DNA of 64,000 nt from the NCBI GenBank assembly GCA_044229975.1, contig JBGARZ010000006.1:384001-448000 (forward strand), in the 5' to 3' direction. Each line of letters starts with the position of its first letter. Within the stretch, counting starts at the first letter, position 1. Both the position numbers and the translations under genes were made by a program. The DNA is from Polyangiales bacterium (GTDB lineage Bacteria > Myxococcota_A > Polyangia > Polyangiales > Ga0077539). Positions 1 to 10,198 of this stretch are shown piece by piece. Under the pieces are notes generated by a model. It did not search any database. It was not told where the DNA came from and saw only the letters and a program-made list of their open reading frames with translations.

Positions 1-856
1 CCACCTCGATGTGAACCATCAGGTCACTCGCCTCACGCCGAGATGTCCCCGGAATGCCCTTACCCCGCAGTCGAAGCTTCGCCCCGTGTGCCGTGTGCGG
101 AGGAACCCTCAGCGTCACCTCACCGCCCGGAGTCGGGATGGTCACCTTCGTACCGCGCCACGCCTCGACCAACGCCACGGGCAAGCGCACGTGAAGATCA
201 TCGTCCTCGATCCAGAACCACGGGTGCGCGTCGACCTTCACTTCCAACACCAGGTCACCGGGCTTGCCACCCGGTGCCGGCATTCCCTTGCCCGCGATCC
301 TCAGCCGAGTGCCAGCCTTGGCCCCGGGCGGGATACGCACCCGAACACTCTCTCCCTGGACCTTGAGCGACAGCTCACCACCACGCACCGCCAACGGCAG
401 GTCGATGGTGACCTCGCTCTCCAGGTCACGCCCGCGCGGCGGGCCTCGTCGACCCGACGGTCCAAAGGGAGAACCCCGACCGCCACCCGAGAACATCTGT
501 CCAAAGAGGTCGGACATGTCGGGCCCACCGGCGCCCCCGCCGAAGATGTCCTCAAAGCCACCCGCGCCCGGACCGCCACCACCACCACCCGCCGACTGCC
601 ATTGGCGATAGGCGTCTGCGTTGAAGCCCTCACGCAATCCCATCTCACCGAAGTCGTCGTAGAGCTTTCGCTTCTTCGGGTCGCTCAACACCTCGTTGGC
701 GTGATTGACCGCCTTGAACGACTCCTCCGCCTTCTTGTCGCCTGGGTTGCGATCGGGGTGGTACTTCAACGCCAACGCCCGAAACGCCTTCTTGATCGTC
801 TCGGCGTCCGCCCCCCGGGGGATTCCCAACACTGCATACAGGTCTTGTTCCGCCAT
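1..856 (-). CDS. DnaJ-class (CbpA-like) co-chaperone, partial (runs off left edge)
   Basis: Manual translation from ATG at 856: [48 protein letters not shown] (J-domain with HPD), then a G/F-rich region; no CxxCxGxG zinc finger seen. Missing from the ORF track because it is truncated. Confidence 0.93.
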   Translation of the reverse strand, partial: MAEQDLYAVLGIPRGADAETIKKAFRALALKYHPDRNPGDKKAEESFKAVNHANEVLSDPKKRKLYDDFGEMGLREGFNADAYRQWQSAGGGGGGPGAGGFEDIFGGGAGGPDMSDLFGQMFSGGGRGSPFGPSGRRGPPRGRDLESEVTIDLPLAVRGGELSLKVQGESVRVRIPPGAKAGTRLRIAGKGMPAPGGKPGDLVLEVKVDAHPWFWIEDDDLHVRLPVALVEAWRGTKVTIPTPGGEVTLRVPPHTAHGAKLRLRGKGIPGTSRREASDLMVHIEV

Positions 857-979
857 GTTCGCCGCCCGAAGCTAAGGCGCGACCGTTCACCCGGCAATCA
901 CGACCCTCCATCCCGGCGCACATTGCGACCCCCGACGAGCGCGTAGTAACTACCGCGACGCCCGCCGCGCAAAACACGC

Positions 980-1744
980 ATGAACACCATCGAACTCCAC
1001 AACCTCCCGCTCCGCATCGCCATCACCATGGATGGCAACGGCCGCTGGGCTGAGCTCCGTGGCAAACCCCGCATCGTCGGCCACCGCGCCGGGAGCCACA
1101 CCGTCCGCCGCATCGTCCGCGCCTGTCGCCGACTCGGCGTCCAGGAACTCACCCTCTACGCCTTCTCCGAACAGAACTGGGGTCGTCCCACCGGCGAGGT
1201 CGACGGCCTCATGACCCTCCTCGAAGAGTATCTCCTCGGCGAACGCGACGAGATCCTCCAGAACCGCATCCGCCTCCGAGGCATCGGCAACCTCGACCGC
1301 CTCCCACCCCACGTCCGCGACTCCCTGGAGTTCATCTCCAACGCCTCGCGCGATCACCAGGGAATGACCCTCTCCCTCGCGCTCTCCTATGGTGGCCGCG
1401 AAGAGATCGTCGACGCCGCCCGCTCCCTCGCCCAACAGGTCGCGGCCGGAGCGCTACGCCCCGACGACATCACTGAAGACCGCCTCGCGGCGCTGCTCCC
1501 CTCCATGGCCCACGGTGCGCCCGACCTGATGATTCGGACGGGTGGCGAGCTTCGCGTCTCAAACTTCCTTCTCTGGGGAGCGGCCTACAGCGAGCTCTTC
1601 TTTTCCGATATCCTGTGGCCCGACTTCCAGGTCGATCACCTCTATCAAGCCATCGCGGCGTACCAACGCCGACAGCGACGGTTTGGGCTGGTCTCCACCA
1701 CCAACACCCTCGGGCCATGTCCAACCTTGTTGTCCGGTTCCTGA
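980..1744 (+). CDS. uppS: Undecaprenyl diphosphate synthase (cis-prenyltransferase)
   Basis: ITMDGNGRWA, LYAFSEQNWGRP, LSYGGREEI, PDLMIRTGGELRVSNFLLW motifs; adjacent to cdsA. Confidence 0.97.
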   Translation: MNTIELHNLPLRIAITMDGNGRWAELRGKPRIVGHRAGSHTVRRIVRACRRLGVQELTLYAFSEQNWGRPTGEVDGLMTLLEEYLLGERDEILQNRIRLRGIGNLDRLPPHVRDSLEFISNASRDHQGMTLSLALSYGGREEIVDAARSLAQQVAAGALRPDDITEDRLAALLPSMAHGAPDLMIRTGGELRVSNFLLWGAAYSELFFSDILWPDFQVDHLYQAIAAYQRRQRRFGLVSTTNTLGPCPTLLSGS

Positions 1745-2571
1745 CCGCCGTCGTCGGCATCCCCGTCATCCTCGGCATCCTCTACGTCGGCCCTCCCGTC
1801 GGCTGGTTTGGCCTCTGCGCCGTCGCCATGCTCATCGCCGCCTGGGAGTTTCTCGCCATGACCCACCCCGACGACCCGCCCGGTCGCTGGATCGGCATGG
1901 CCCTCACCCTCGCCACCTTCTGCCTCTTCGTCTCCACCCGCTTCGGCGCCATCCACGGAACCACCCTCGGTCTCGGCATGGCCGCCCTCGCTCCCATCAC
2001 CCTCCTCGCGGCCCTCGCCCGCCCAGCCCACATCCCCACGGCTCTTCCGCGCGGTTCTGGTCTCGTGATGGCGCCGCTCTACCTCGGGGTCCCCATGGCG
2101 GCCCTCGCCCTCGTCCACACCTACGGGACACGCTTCCAGGGCGGCAGCCTCTGCCTCCTCGCCATGATGTTCTCGTGGATGAGCGACACCGCCGGGTACT
2201 TCGCGGGCAAAGGCATCGGCGGCCCCAAGCTCTACGCCGCCGTCTCTCCCAACAAGACCTGGAGTGGTGCCATCGGCGGACTCGGTGGCTCCATCCTCGG
2301 GAGCGTCATCGCGCACTTCACCTTCCTGCCCGCCCTCTCGCTCGGACAAGGCATCGCCCTCGCCGCGGTCGCCGGCGCTCTTGGTCAGGTGGGTGATCTG
2401 TGTGAGTCGATCTTGAAGCGCAGCGCCGGGGTGAAGGACTCCGGGGCCCTGCTCCCGGGCCACGGCGGAATCCTCGACCGCATCGATGCGCTGTTGTTCT
2501 GTGGGCTGACGATGTTCGCCGCCCTCCAGTCAGGCTGGTTGGAAGGCTTCGTTCAGCGCGGGCGCTTGTAG
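1717..2571 (+). CDS. cdsA: Phosphatidate cytidylyltransferase
   Basis: SDTAGYFAG, SPNKTWSG, GDLCESILKRSAGVKDSGALLPGHGGILDRID signature; multi-TM. Start reassigned to ATG 1717, overlapping the uppS end. Confidence 0.96.
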   Translation: MSNLVVRFLTAVVGIPVILGILYVGPPVGWFGLCAVAMLIAAWEFLAMTHPDDPPGRWIGMALTLATFCLFVSTRFGAIHGTTLGLGMAALAPITLLAALARPAHIPTALPRGSGLVMAPLYLGVPMAALALVHTYGTRFQGGSLCLLAMMFSWMSDTAGYFAGKGIGGPKLYAAVSPNKTWSGAIGGLGGSILGSVIAHFTFLPALSLGQGIALAAVAGALGQVGDLCESILKRSAGVKDSGALLPGHGGILDRIDALLFCGLTMFAALQSGWLEGFVQRGRL

Positions 2572-3665
2572 AAGACCTTCTTCGCGACCACCGCGTTGCC
2601 GATGCGACCGCGCTCCGGGTCGCGCAGCCGCAACGCCGTCCCGACAGCGGTGAGAGCAGTCGGGACGTAGGCGAGACCGATGTTCTTGCCGACCGTGGGG
2701 CCGGGCGAACCGCTGGCCACATAGCCGACCTTCTTGTCGGACTCGTCGATCACTTCCCAGTGATCACGGGCGATGGCCTTGTCGGTCATCTCGAAGCCGA
2801 TGAGCTTGCGAGAGAGACCCGCGGCCTTCGCCGCCACGAGAGCGGCCTTGCCCACGAAGTCGGCCTTGTCGAGCTGAACCACCCACGAGAGGTCGGCCTC
2901 CAGGGGGTTGGTCGTCTCGTCGATGTCATTGCCGTAGAGCGCCATGCCGCACTCCAGGCGAAGCGTGTTGCGCGCGCCGAGACCCGTCGGACGCAGCCCC
3001 GCCTCCTCGCCCGCTCCCAGCAGCGAGCGCCAGAGGCGCGCTGCCTCGTTGGGCGGACAGAAGATCTCCACCCCGTCCTCACCCGTGTACCCGGTGCGAG
3101 ACACCGTGCACGGAACGTTGAACACCGGGACATCGCCGAAGTGGTAGGCGGGCAGCTCGTGGGCGCGACCGTCGCTCACCCCCGCCCGCAGGATCTCCAT
3201 CGCGCGCGGACCCTGGAGCGCGATGAGGGCCGTGTCGTCCGAGATGTCCCGAACGTCGTGCGTCGCCTTCAGCCGCTCGGTGAAGTGACCGACGATCTTC
3301 TCGCGGTTGGACGCATTGCACACGATCAGCACGTTGTCGGCTGACACCCGGTAGATGATGAGGTCGTCGAGGATGGTCCCTTCCTCGTTGCAGCAGACCG
3401 TGTAGCGGGCCTGGGCGTCGAGCATGCCCTGCACCTCGCGGGTGATCAGGCCATCCACCGCGCGAATCGCGTTGGGGCCGGTGATGACCAGCTCGCCCAT
3501 GTGCGACACGTCGAAGAGGCCGGCCGCGCGCCGCACCGTGTGGTGCTCGTCGACCAGCCCCGTGTACTGAACCGGCATCGAATACCCCGTAAACGGGATC
3601 ATCCGGGCCTTCGCCTTGATGTGCTCTTCGTAGATGGGCGTGCGCTTCAACTCGGTGGTTTCCAT
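2553..3665 (-). CDS. gcvT: Glycine cleavage system aminomethyltransferase T
   Basis: LKRTPIYEEH, GLFDVSHMGE, SRTGYTGEDGVE, GLGARNTLRLE motifs. Likely start ATG 3665; the upstream in-frame extension is the antisense shadow of the lipase. Confidence 0.96.
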   Translation of the reverse strand: METTELKRTPIYEEHIKAKARMIPFTGYSMPVQYTGLVDEHHTVRRAAGLFDVSHMGELVITGPNAIRAVDGLITREVQGMLDAQARYTVCCNEEGTILDDLIIYRVSADNVLIVCNASNREKIVGHFTERLKATHDVRDISDDTALIALQGPRAMEILRAGVSDGRAHELPAYHFGDVPVFNVPCTVSRTGYTGEDGVEIFCPPNEAARLWRSLLGAGEEAGLRPTGLGARNTLRLECGMALYGNDIDETTNPLEADLSWVVQLDKADFVGKAALVAAKAAGLSRKLIGFEMTDKAIARDHWEVIDESDKKVGYVASGSPGPTVGKNIGLAYVPTALTAVGTALRLRDPERGRIGNAVVAKKVFYKRPR

Positions 3666-3722
3666 GACGGCCGCGGACCGTATCAGACAACCACCGATGG
3701 TTGTATCGTCGGGCGCCCCCAC

Positions 3723-4793
3723 GTGCGCTCGCCCGCCCTCTACCTCGGTGCGCTCCTCGCCCTCGGCTGCTCGTCCGCCGAGATGGCCTCCATTGAGGAC
3801 ATCCATGACAGCGGCGCGCCCACCTTCGACCTCGCCGCTCCTCCCGACCTCGGAGACGACGACACCCCCGCCGTCGACGCCGGAAGCCCGGCCCCGCTCG
3901 ATGTACCCGCCCTCCCCGAAGCGGGAACCGTGCAACGTGGGCCCTTCCCCATCGTCCTTGTCCATGGCTTCGCCGGCTTTCAGAGCGTCGGGCCGCTGAC
4001 CTACTACTTCCGTGTCGCCGAAGACCTGCGCCGTCGCGGTGAGACCGTCTCCGAACCCGAGCTCCCGCCCTTCGCCCCTCCCTCCACCCGCGCGCCCGTG
4101 CTCGCGGCCGCCATCAACCGCGCCCTCGCCGAGAGCGGTCAGCCCAAGGTCGTGCTCATCGCCCACTCCCAGGGGGGACTCGACGCGCGCTACCTCATCT
4201 CCACCCTTGGCTACGCCAACCGCGTCGCCGCCCTCGTCACCGTCTCCACCCCCCACCGCGGAACCCGCCTCGGTGACGCCTTCGCGGGTCTCATCCCCGG
4301 TGTGAGCGACGGACTCCTCGACGCCGTCGCTACCGGCCTGGGCGCCGTCTACAACGGTGCCCCCGGCCGCGCCGCCATCCGCTCGACCCTCGTCGCCCTC
4401 TCCGAGCGCGAAGCCACCCGTTTCAACGAACAAAACCCCGATGACCCGCGCGTCAGGTACTACTCCGTCGCGGGGCGCTCCAACCGACGCGACGGACGCG
4501 CGGTGTGCGGTGACGCCCTGGTCGCCAACGACCCTTCCATGGTCGATATCCCCAATCCGCTCATCGCTGTGCTCATGCCCTTCCTCGAAGGAAACGACCC
4601 GACCAACCTCGTCAACGATGGCCTCGTGACCGTGCGAAGCGCCCGCTGGGGGAGGTTCATCGGGTGCGTTCCTGCGGATCACTTCGATGAGGTCGGGCAG
4701 ATCGCCCACCAGGGAGCCGATCGCTTCTCGGGCTTCGACCACGTCGTGCTCTATCGCGACCTCGTCCGACGCCTCCGCGATGACGGGTTCTGA
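3723..4793 (+). CDS. Triacylglycerol lipase (family I, alpha/beta hydrolase), predicted lipoprotein
   Basis: PIVLVHGFAG, AHSQGG nucleophile elbow, STPHRGT, NDGLV, DHFDEVGQ; lipobox LALGC after GTG 3723. Confidence 0.9.
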   Translation: MRSPALYLGALLALGCSSAEMASIEDIHDSGAPTFDLAAPPDLGDDDTPAVDAGSPAPLDVPALPEAGTVQRGPFPIVLVHGFAGFQSVGPLTYYFRVAEDLRRRGETVSEPELPPFAPPSTRAPVLAAAINRALAESGQPKVVLIAHSQGGLDARYLISTLGYANRVAALVTVSTPHRGTRLGDAFAGLIPGVSDGLLDAVATGLGAVYNGAPGRAAIRSTLVALSEREATRFNEQNPDDPRVRYYSVAGRSNRRDGRAVCGDALVANDPSMVDIPNPLIAVLMPFLEGNDPTNLVNDGLVTVRSARWGRFIGCVPADHFDEVGQIAHQGADRFSGFDHVVLYRDLVRRLRDDGF

Positions 4794-4797
4794 TGCC

Positions 4798-5634
4798 ATG
4801 GAGACGACTGACGACAGCACCGCGCTCGTCATCGCCGGCAGCGACTCGTCCGGGTGCGCTGGACTCCAGGCCGACCTGCGCGCCCTCGATGCGCTGGGCG
4901 TTCATGGCTTGAGCGTCGTCACGCTCGTCACCGCGCGGGGAAAGCGCGGCATGAAGAAGGTCGACCCGCTGCGGAGTGAGCTCGTCCGCGCGCAGCTCGC
5001 CGCCGCCACCGAGACGGGTTTACCCAATGCGGTAAAGGTCGGCGCGCTGGGCAACGCCGCCGTCGTCGAGATCGTCGCCGATGCCCTCCGGCAGATGGGA
5101 GCCGTCCCCGTGGTGCTCGACCCCGTCATCACTCCGGTGCAAGGGAGGGTGTTGCTCGATGAGTCGGGCTTCGCGGCGCTGCTGCGGGAGCTGGTTCCGC
5201 TGGCGGGGCTGTTGGTGCCCAACCGTGAAGAGGCGGGGCGGCTCGTCGGGAAGACCGTCTCCACGCAACGACAGGCGCGCTCGGCCTGCCAGGCGCTCGT
5301 GGGAATGGGCGCGCAGGCCGTGCTGCTCAAGGGCGGACACTTCGACGACAATGATTGTATCGATCTGCTTTATGATGGCAGCGACTTCGTAGAGCTGCGC
5401 GTTGCACGAAGAGCCCTCCCCCCGATGCTGGGACTCGGGTGTGCGCTGTCGTCGCTGGTCACCGGCGCGCTCGCGCTCGGGAGCCCGCTCGTCGATGCGG
5501 TGGTGCGTGCCCACGCCATCGTGCAACGGGCCGTCGAGCATCCGCGCAAGCTCGCCGATGGGGTGTCGCGGCTGAGCGATCTGCGCGCGGCCGTCGCCGC
5601 GGTGGACGGTCAGGGAGCCGACGCGTCGGGCTGA
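4798..5634 (+). CDS. thiD: Hydroxymethylpyrimidine/phosphomethylpyrimidine kinase (ribokinase family)
   Basis: IAGSDSSGCAGLQADL, AVKVGAL, VVLDPV, PNREEA, VLLKGGH; the anion-hole motif reads GLGC rather than GTGC. Confidence 0.85.
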   Translation: METTDDSTALVIAGSDSSGCAGLQADLRALDALGVHGLSVVTLVTARGKRGMKKVDPLRSELVRAQLAAATETGLPNAVKVGALGNAAVVEIVADALRQMGAVPVVLDPVITPVQGRVLLDESGFAALLRELVPLAGLLVPNREEAGRLVGKTVSTQRQARSACQALVGMGAQAVLLKGGHFDDNDCIDLLYDGSDFVELRVARRALPPMLGLGCALSSLVTGALALGSPLVDAVVRAHAIVQRAVEHPRKLADGVSRLSDLRAAVAAVDGQGADASG

Positions 5635-6080
5635 GGAGAGCGGCCGCCGCCCGCGCGGATGGCCTCCACCGTGGGAAACACCAGGTCGATGCGCCAACGG
5701 CCGCCCTCGCGGACGAGAGGGACGTCCGCCACGCCGCCGCCCGTTCCACGGACGGTGACCACCGCGCGCTGGTCGGTGATGCGAGAGGCCATCGCCGACG
5801 GGTCGAAGTCGAGGCGCAGTCGAACGCGGCCAGGGGCGATCATTTCCCAGGGCTGGAGTTCCCACCCGGAGAGCTGGGAGGCCTGCTGGGCGCGCTCGGT
5901 GAGGGCGTCCTGCGCGCGCTGCGAGAGCAGGTCGTACATGCGATGGCGGGCCGTGTTGTCCGTGCGCGCGGACTGCACCGCGCGGGCAAAGGCCTCAACC
6001 GTGGACTCAGGGGTCTCGCCGGGCGCGCGACTGCACGCCGAGACGATGAGCGCGAGGGCGAGGAGACGCCGCACGCTCAT
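5610..6080 (-). CDS. Hypothetical lipoprotein (possibly NTF2-like fold)
   Basis: MSVRRLLALALIVSAC lipobox; C-terminal VPLVREGGRWRID strand; ATGA-coupled to the upstream gene. Confidence 0.7.
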   Translation of the reverse strand: MSVRRLLALALIVSACSRAPGETPESTVEAFARAVQSARTDNTARHRMYDLLSQRAQDALTERAQQASQLSGWELQPWEMIAPGRVRLRLDFDPSAMASRITDQRAVVTVRGTGGGVADVPLVREGGRWRIDLVFPTVEAIRAGGGRSPQPDASAP

Positions 6081-6682
6081 CGCGCTCGAACGAGGCCCGC
6101 GTTGACCGTGGCGCGAAACACCAGGCCCGCCAGGATCTCGATGGCGCTGTCGTCGCGGCCCGTACCCTGGGCGAACCAGGGCTTCGCCGCGATGTAGCGG
6201 GTGGCGAGGCGGAGCGACCAGAGCGTGGTGGTTCCGACGTAGAGGGGGAGGTCGGCGCCGCCGCCCAGCACGAAGCCGAAGCCGCTGGCGTCGGAGGAGC
6301 CGGGGCGCAGCCACGCCGCGCCGAGCTCGATGCCGATGGAGTCGACGAAGAGGTCGAGCCAGCGTGAGCCGCGCTCGTAGTCGTAGGACCAGCGCGCGAA
6401 GAAGGCCGGGCGGAAGTCCACCGCGGCGAACAGCAAGTCGTAGCGGGCGCCCGTGAACGCGCGGTCGTAGCCGACGACGGCGCCCACCATGTCGAGCGAT
6501 CGCGCTCGCACCGCGACGGAGCCAGCGCCCGACCAGGCGCCGGTGTCGGCGGCGCCGCCGAGCACCTCGACGGAGAGCGAGAGGTCGCCGCGCAGACGAC
6601 CGTAGACGCCGTCCGCGGTCTGCGCGGACGCCGAGGAGGACGCGGTCAGGAATACAAGGGCAGGTAAGAGGGCGGGGCGCAT
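6077..6682 (-). CDS. Exported protein, probable small outer-membrane beta-barrel
   Basis: Signal peptide MRPALLPALVFLTASSSASA; amphipathic beta-strands with aromatic residues. Confidence 0.6.
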   Translation of the reverse strand: MRPALLPALVFLTASSSASAQTADGVYGRLRGDLSLSVEVLGGAADTGAWSGAGSVAVRARSLDMVGAVVGYDRAFTGARYDLLFAAVDFRPAFFARWSYDYERGSRWLDLFVDSIGIELGAAWLRPGSSDASGFGFVLGGGADLPLYVGTTTLWSLRLATRYIAAKPWFAQGTGRDDSAIEILAGLVFRATVNAGLVRAR

Positions 6683-6808
6683 CGGAGAGAGGATGGGGAC
6701 GGCGCGGACCGTATCACAGGGGCCGAGTGTGCCGTATCCGCACGGGGCTGACGGGGGAGTCGCGTCGCAAACGGCACGGTATTTCCCGATGAAACGCGAA
6801 GGAGCGCG

Positions 6809-6823
6809 TGGCCTGCTTCGTGC
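6809..6823 (+). promoter_or_regulatory. Possible sigma54 promoter (TGGCCTG-N4-GTGC) for the beta-propeller operon
   Basis: GG-N10-GC spacing about 15 bp upstream of ATG 6838; imperfect consensus. Confidence 0.3.
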
Positions 6824-6837
6824 GATGGGCGCCTCGC

Positions 6838-8505
6838 ATGAGACAACTGATCTTGTCGGCAGCGGGGCTGCTGGTGGCCTCGTGGGCGATCGCGGCCTGT
6901 GGGAGCGACTCGGCCACGGCGCCAAACAGCCCGGGTGGGCCGTGGTTGAACACCGACGCGGGGAGCACGGCGACGGACATCGGGTCGAGGCCGCAGCCGG
7001 CCGTGGACGCGGGGCTGCCGCCGGAGGTGGAGGAGCGGCGGGCCTTCGAGACGCCGCAGGCGGGCGCGCGCTTCGTGTACGTGGCCAACCCGAGGCGGGA
7101 CAACGTCGCGGTCATCGACTCGCAGACGCTCGCCATCACGTCGATCGAGGCGGGGGATGGGCCGACGTATCTGGCGACGGTTCCGGGGAGGGACGAGGCG
7201 CTGGTCATCAACGTCAACGCGTCGACGGCGACCCTGCTGCGCACGACGACCGCGGGAACGACCACGGTGCAGATGCCCGTGGTCGGAGGCGCCAACGCCA
7301 TCGCCATCGCGCCGGGCGGGCATTACGCGGTGGTGTATCTCGACACCACGCAGCCCAACAGCGGGGTACCGGCGGGGAGCTTTCAGGAGATCGCCGTGCT
7401 GCGGCTCGACGCCGGCATGGAGCGGGGGTTGCTGCTCTCGGTGGGCTTCAGGCCCGTCGACGTGACCTTCAGCGCGGACGGCGAGACGGGCTTCGTCATC
7501 ACCGAAGACGGAGTGTCCATCCTGCGATTTGCGTCGCTCACGGGGCCGGCGCTGGTGCCGACGGTGTCGTTCTATGACGACAGCATCGTCGCGCCGACGG
7601 ACGGGGGCGTGGCGGATGGCGGAGTCGTGGGGATTCCGAGGGACGCGCGCGCCGAGGACGTGTCGGTCACGCGTGATGGTCGGTATGCGATCGCGCGCTT
7701 CGCGGCGAGCTCGCTGGTGCGGGTGGTGGATCTCGTCGCGCGAACGGTGCAGACGGTGGACCTCGGCTCGCAGGTGACCGACCTCGACGTGTCGCCCGAT
7801 GGGACCTTCGCGCTCGCGGCGCTGAGGGATCAGTCGCGGGTGTTGCGAGTGCCCATCCCAGCGGGGTTTGCGGATGCTTCGGCGCGGCGGGCGATCGATC
7901 TGCCGGGCGAGGTGGTGGGGTCGATCACGCTGACGCCCGATGGGACGCGGGCGCTGGTGTACAGCACGGCGGCGATGACCGAGCGCGCGACGCTGCTCGA
8001 CCTCGCGGGGGGAGCGGCGCCGTCGGTGCTGCGGCTGCGGAAGACCGTGCGCGCGGTGGCGTTTGCGCCCGATGGGCGGTCGGCGCTTATCGTTCATGGG
8101 AGGACGGAGGGCGACCCGATGGCGGCGGGGCTGGACCTCGAAGCGCAGATCGATCGCTCGTACGGGTATTCGTTGTTGGATGTGGGCGAGCGCTTCATCC
8201 GACTTCAGTTGACATCGGCGGAGGTGGGGCCGTTTGCGCTGGTTCCGGGTGGGACGCACGCGTTCGTGCTGCTGCGGGACGATGCGCGGGGTGTGTCGAA
8301 GGTGCAGCGCATCACGCTGGGGAGCTTCACCGTGCAAGACCTCGCATTGGGTTCACCGCCGCGCTCGGTGGGGGCGGTGCCGACGACGGAGCGGGCCTTC
8401 ATCGGGCAAGAGCACCCGGAGGGGCGCATCACCTTCATCGACTGGAACACCGGGGCCCAGCAGTCGATCACGGGCTTTGAGCTCAACAGCAGGATCGTGG
8501 AGTGA
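6838..8505 (+). CDS. Beta-propeller (YncE/YVTN-like) lipoprotein
   Basis: Lipobox AIAAC; repeated blades FVYVANP, DVTFSADG, DVSPDG, TLTPDG, AFAPDG. Confidence 0.85.
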   Translation: MRQLILSAAGLLVASWAIAACGSDSATAPNSPGGPWLNTDAGSTATDIGSRPQPAVDAGLPPEVEERRAFETPQAGARFVYVANPRRDNVAVIDSQTLAITSIEAGDGPTYLATVPGRDEALVINVNASTATLLRTTTAGTTTVQMPVVGGANAIAIAPGGHYAVVYLDTTQPNSGVPAGSFQEIAVLRLDAGMERGLLLSVGFRPVDVTFSADGETGFVITEDGVSILRFASLTGPALVPTVSFYDDSIVAPTDGGVADGGVVGIPRDARAEDVSVTRDGRYAIARFAASSLVRVVDLVARTVQTVDLGSQVTDLDVSPDGTFALAALRDQSRVLRVPIPAGFADASARRAIDLPGEVVGSITLTPDGTRALVYSTAAMTERATLLDLAGGAAPSVLRLRKTVRAVAFAPDGRSALIVHGRTEGDPMAAGLDLEAQIDRSYGYSLLDVGERFIRLQLTSAEVGPFALVPGGTHAFVLLRDDARGVSKVQRITLGSFTVQDLALGSPPRSVGAVPTTERAFIGQEHPEGRITFIDWNTGAQQSITGFELNSRIVE

Positions 8506-8590
8506 GCACCGTCATGAAGACTCTCAATACAGTACGGATTCCGGCGTCCTCACGGCCGCCGGTTCCTCGAAGCGGGCGGGACGGGCGGGG

Positions 8591-10198
8591 GTGGCGGTGG
8601 GAGCGATGGCGCTCGCGGTGGTGATCGCGGGGTGTGACGATCGGGACACGCGGTACACGCGCTCGATGGCGTCGCTGGCGCCAGTCGCTGCGGGTGGGGC
8701 GGTCGTCTATGTGCAGCCCGCGCTCAATCGCGCCGTGGTCGTCGACCTCACGCCGGATACGCCTTCGGTGCGGTCGGTCCCGGTCGGGGATGATCCGGTG
8801 GTGGTGACGCCTCGGGCAGCGGCGGCAGGAGCGGTAGGGACGGAGTCGGAGGCGTTGGTGTTGTCGCGTGGACAGCGAGGTGCGCTCGGGGTCGCGCCGA
8901 CGCCGGGGTCGCTCACGGCGGTGACCGCGGCGGGTGTGGCACGGCGATGGAGCCTCGGCTCTCCCTTCAACGCGCTCGCCCAGACCGACGATGGTCGGTA
9001 TGCGATGGCGTACTTCAGCAGCCGAAATGCGAGCGCGGGGCGGTTGTTGTTCAACCCCAATGAGGTGGCCATCGTCGACCTCAGGGCGACCGCGGCGACG
9101 CCCACCGTGGCGCCCGTCATCAGGACGGTGCGGAGCTTCGGGGGTGTTCCGAATGGGGTTGTCTTCTCGCCGCAGATGACCGTCGCGGGTGAGCCGCGGA
9201 CGCTCGCGGTGGTGCTGTCGGACGCGTACGTCACGGTGATCGACCTCAACCACCCCGATCGTAGCGAGATCACCGTGCGCCTCACGTTGCCCGAAGACGC
9301 CCGCGCCGTCGCGCCCGCCCAGGTGCTCTTCGATGCCGACAACGCCACGATGTACCTGCGGGCCGATCAGTCCAATGACCTCTATGTGCTGAAGCTCTTG
9401 CCGGTGACGCCGGACTCGGCGACGGGCAACGACTTCCGGCCGTCGCTCAATCAGCTCGCGGCAGGCGTTCGACCCGCGGACATCGCGCTCTTCGGGGCGA
9501 CCACCGGGCGCAAGCTGCTGGTGGTGTCACCGGGCAGCCGCGACGCGCGGGTCATCGATACGGTGGCCAATACCACCACGGTGATTCCGCTCGATGCGGT
9601 GGCCAATCGGATCCTGTTGTTCGATGGGGCGCCCGCGGGGTCGACGACGCCGATTCCGCGCGCGCTGCTGTACGCCACGCAGGGCGTGTCCAATGCGGTG
9701 AGCTTTCTGGAACTCGCGGAGATCGAGTCGCGGCGCTCGCAGAACGTCGAGGCGCTCCAGCTCGGGCGAACCATCAACCAGGCGCTCGCGCTTCCTGAGC
9801 GAGGCGTCGTGATGTTTGGTCATCCGACGAGCTCGATGGGGAGCCTGTCGCTGCTCAACCTGACCACGCGAACGGCGTCGCCGATCTTCTCCGAAGTGGC
9901 CCTGGAGAACGCGCGCTTCGACGACGATCGACGGGCGCTGTGGGTGGCGCCGCCGACGGGGCAACGCCTCGGCTTCATCGAGCTGCAGAACTTCCGACCA
10001 GGGGAGATCAGGCTCGATGCGACGGTGACGGAGGTGATCCCGGTGTCGCGCGGAACCGAGCGGCGCGTGGTGGCGCTGCACGACGCCGAGGACGGCTGGA
10101 TCACGGTGGTGGACGGCAACGAGCCCACGCGGGCGACGGCGCGGTCGATGCGGGGCTTCCTGTTGACGGGTCTGTTGGACGAAGGCGAGGCGCAGTGA
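8591..10198 (+). CDS. Second beta-propeller lipoprotein (start uncertain)
   Basis: Lipobox VIAGC; blade-like beta repeats. In-frame starts at GTG 8591 and ATG 8606; an out-of-frame ATG at 8514 may be the real start (see findings). Confidence 0.8.
   Translation: MAVGAMALAVVIAGCDDRDTRYTRSMASLAPVAAGGAVVYVQPALNRAVVVDLTPDTPSVRSVPVGDDPVVVTPRAAAAGAVGTESEALVLSRGQRGALGVAPTPGSLTAVTAAGVARRWSLGSPFNALAQTDDGRYAMAYFSSRNASAGRLLFNPNEVAIVDLRATAATPTVAPVIRTVRSFGGVPNGVVFSPQMTVAGEPRTLAVVLSDAYVTVIDLNHPDRSEITVRLTLPEDARAVAPAQVLFDADNATMYLRADQSNDLYVLKLLPVTPDSATGNDFRPSLNQLAAGVRPADIALFGATTGRKLLVVSPGSRDARVIDTVANTTTVIPLDAVANRILLFDGAPAGSTTPIPRALLYATQGVSNAVSFLELAEIESRRSQNVEALQLGRTINQALALPERGVVMFGHPTSSMGSLSLLNLTTRTASPIFSEVALENARFDDDRRALWVAPPTGQRLGFIELQNFRPGEIRLDATVTEVIPVSRGTERRVVALHDAEDGWITVVDGNEPTRATARSMRGFLLTGLLDEGEAQ

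Noticed and set aside
11..946. 311-aa plus-strand ORF, and the many other Arg/Ala/Pro-rich ORFs in the track
   Set aside because: Shadow or alternative frames of real genes (here the minus-strand DnaJ-like gene); no recognisable motifs.
2553..4832. 759-aa GcvT fusion in the ORF track
   Set aside because: The N-terminal 389 aa are the antisense shadow of the lipase; GcvT homology starts at ATG 3665.
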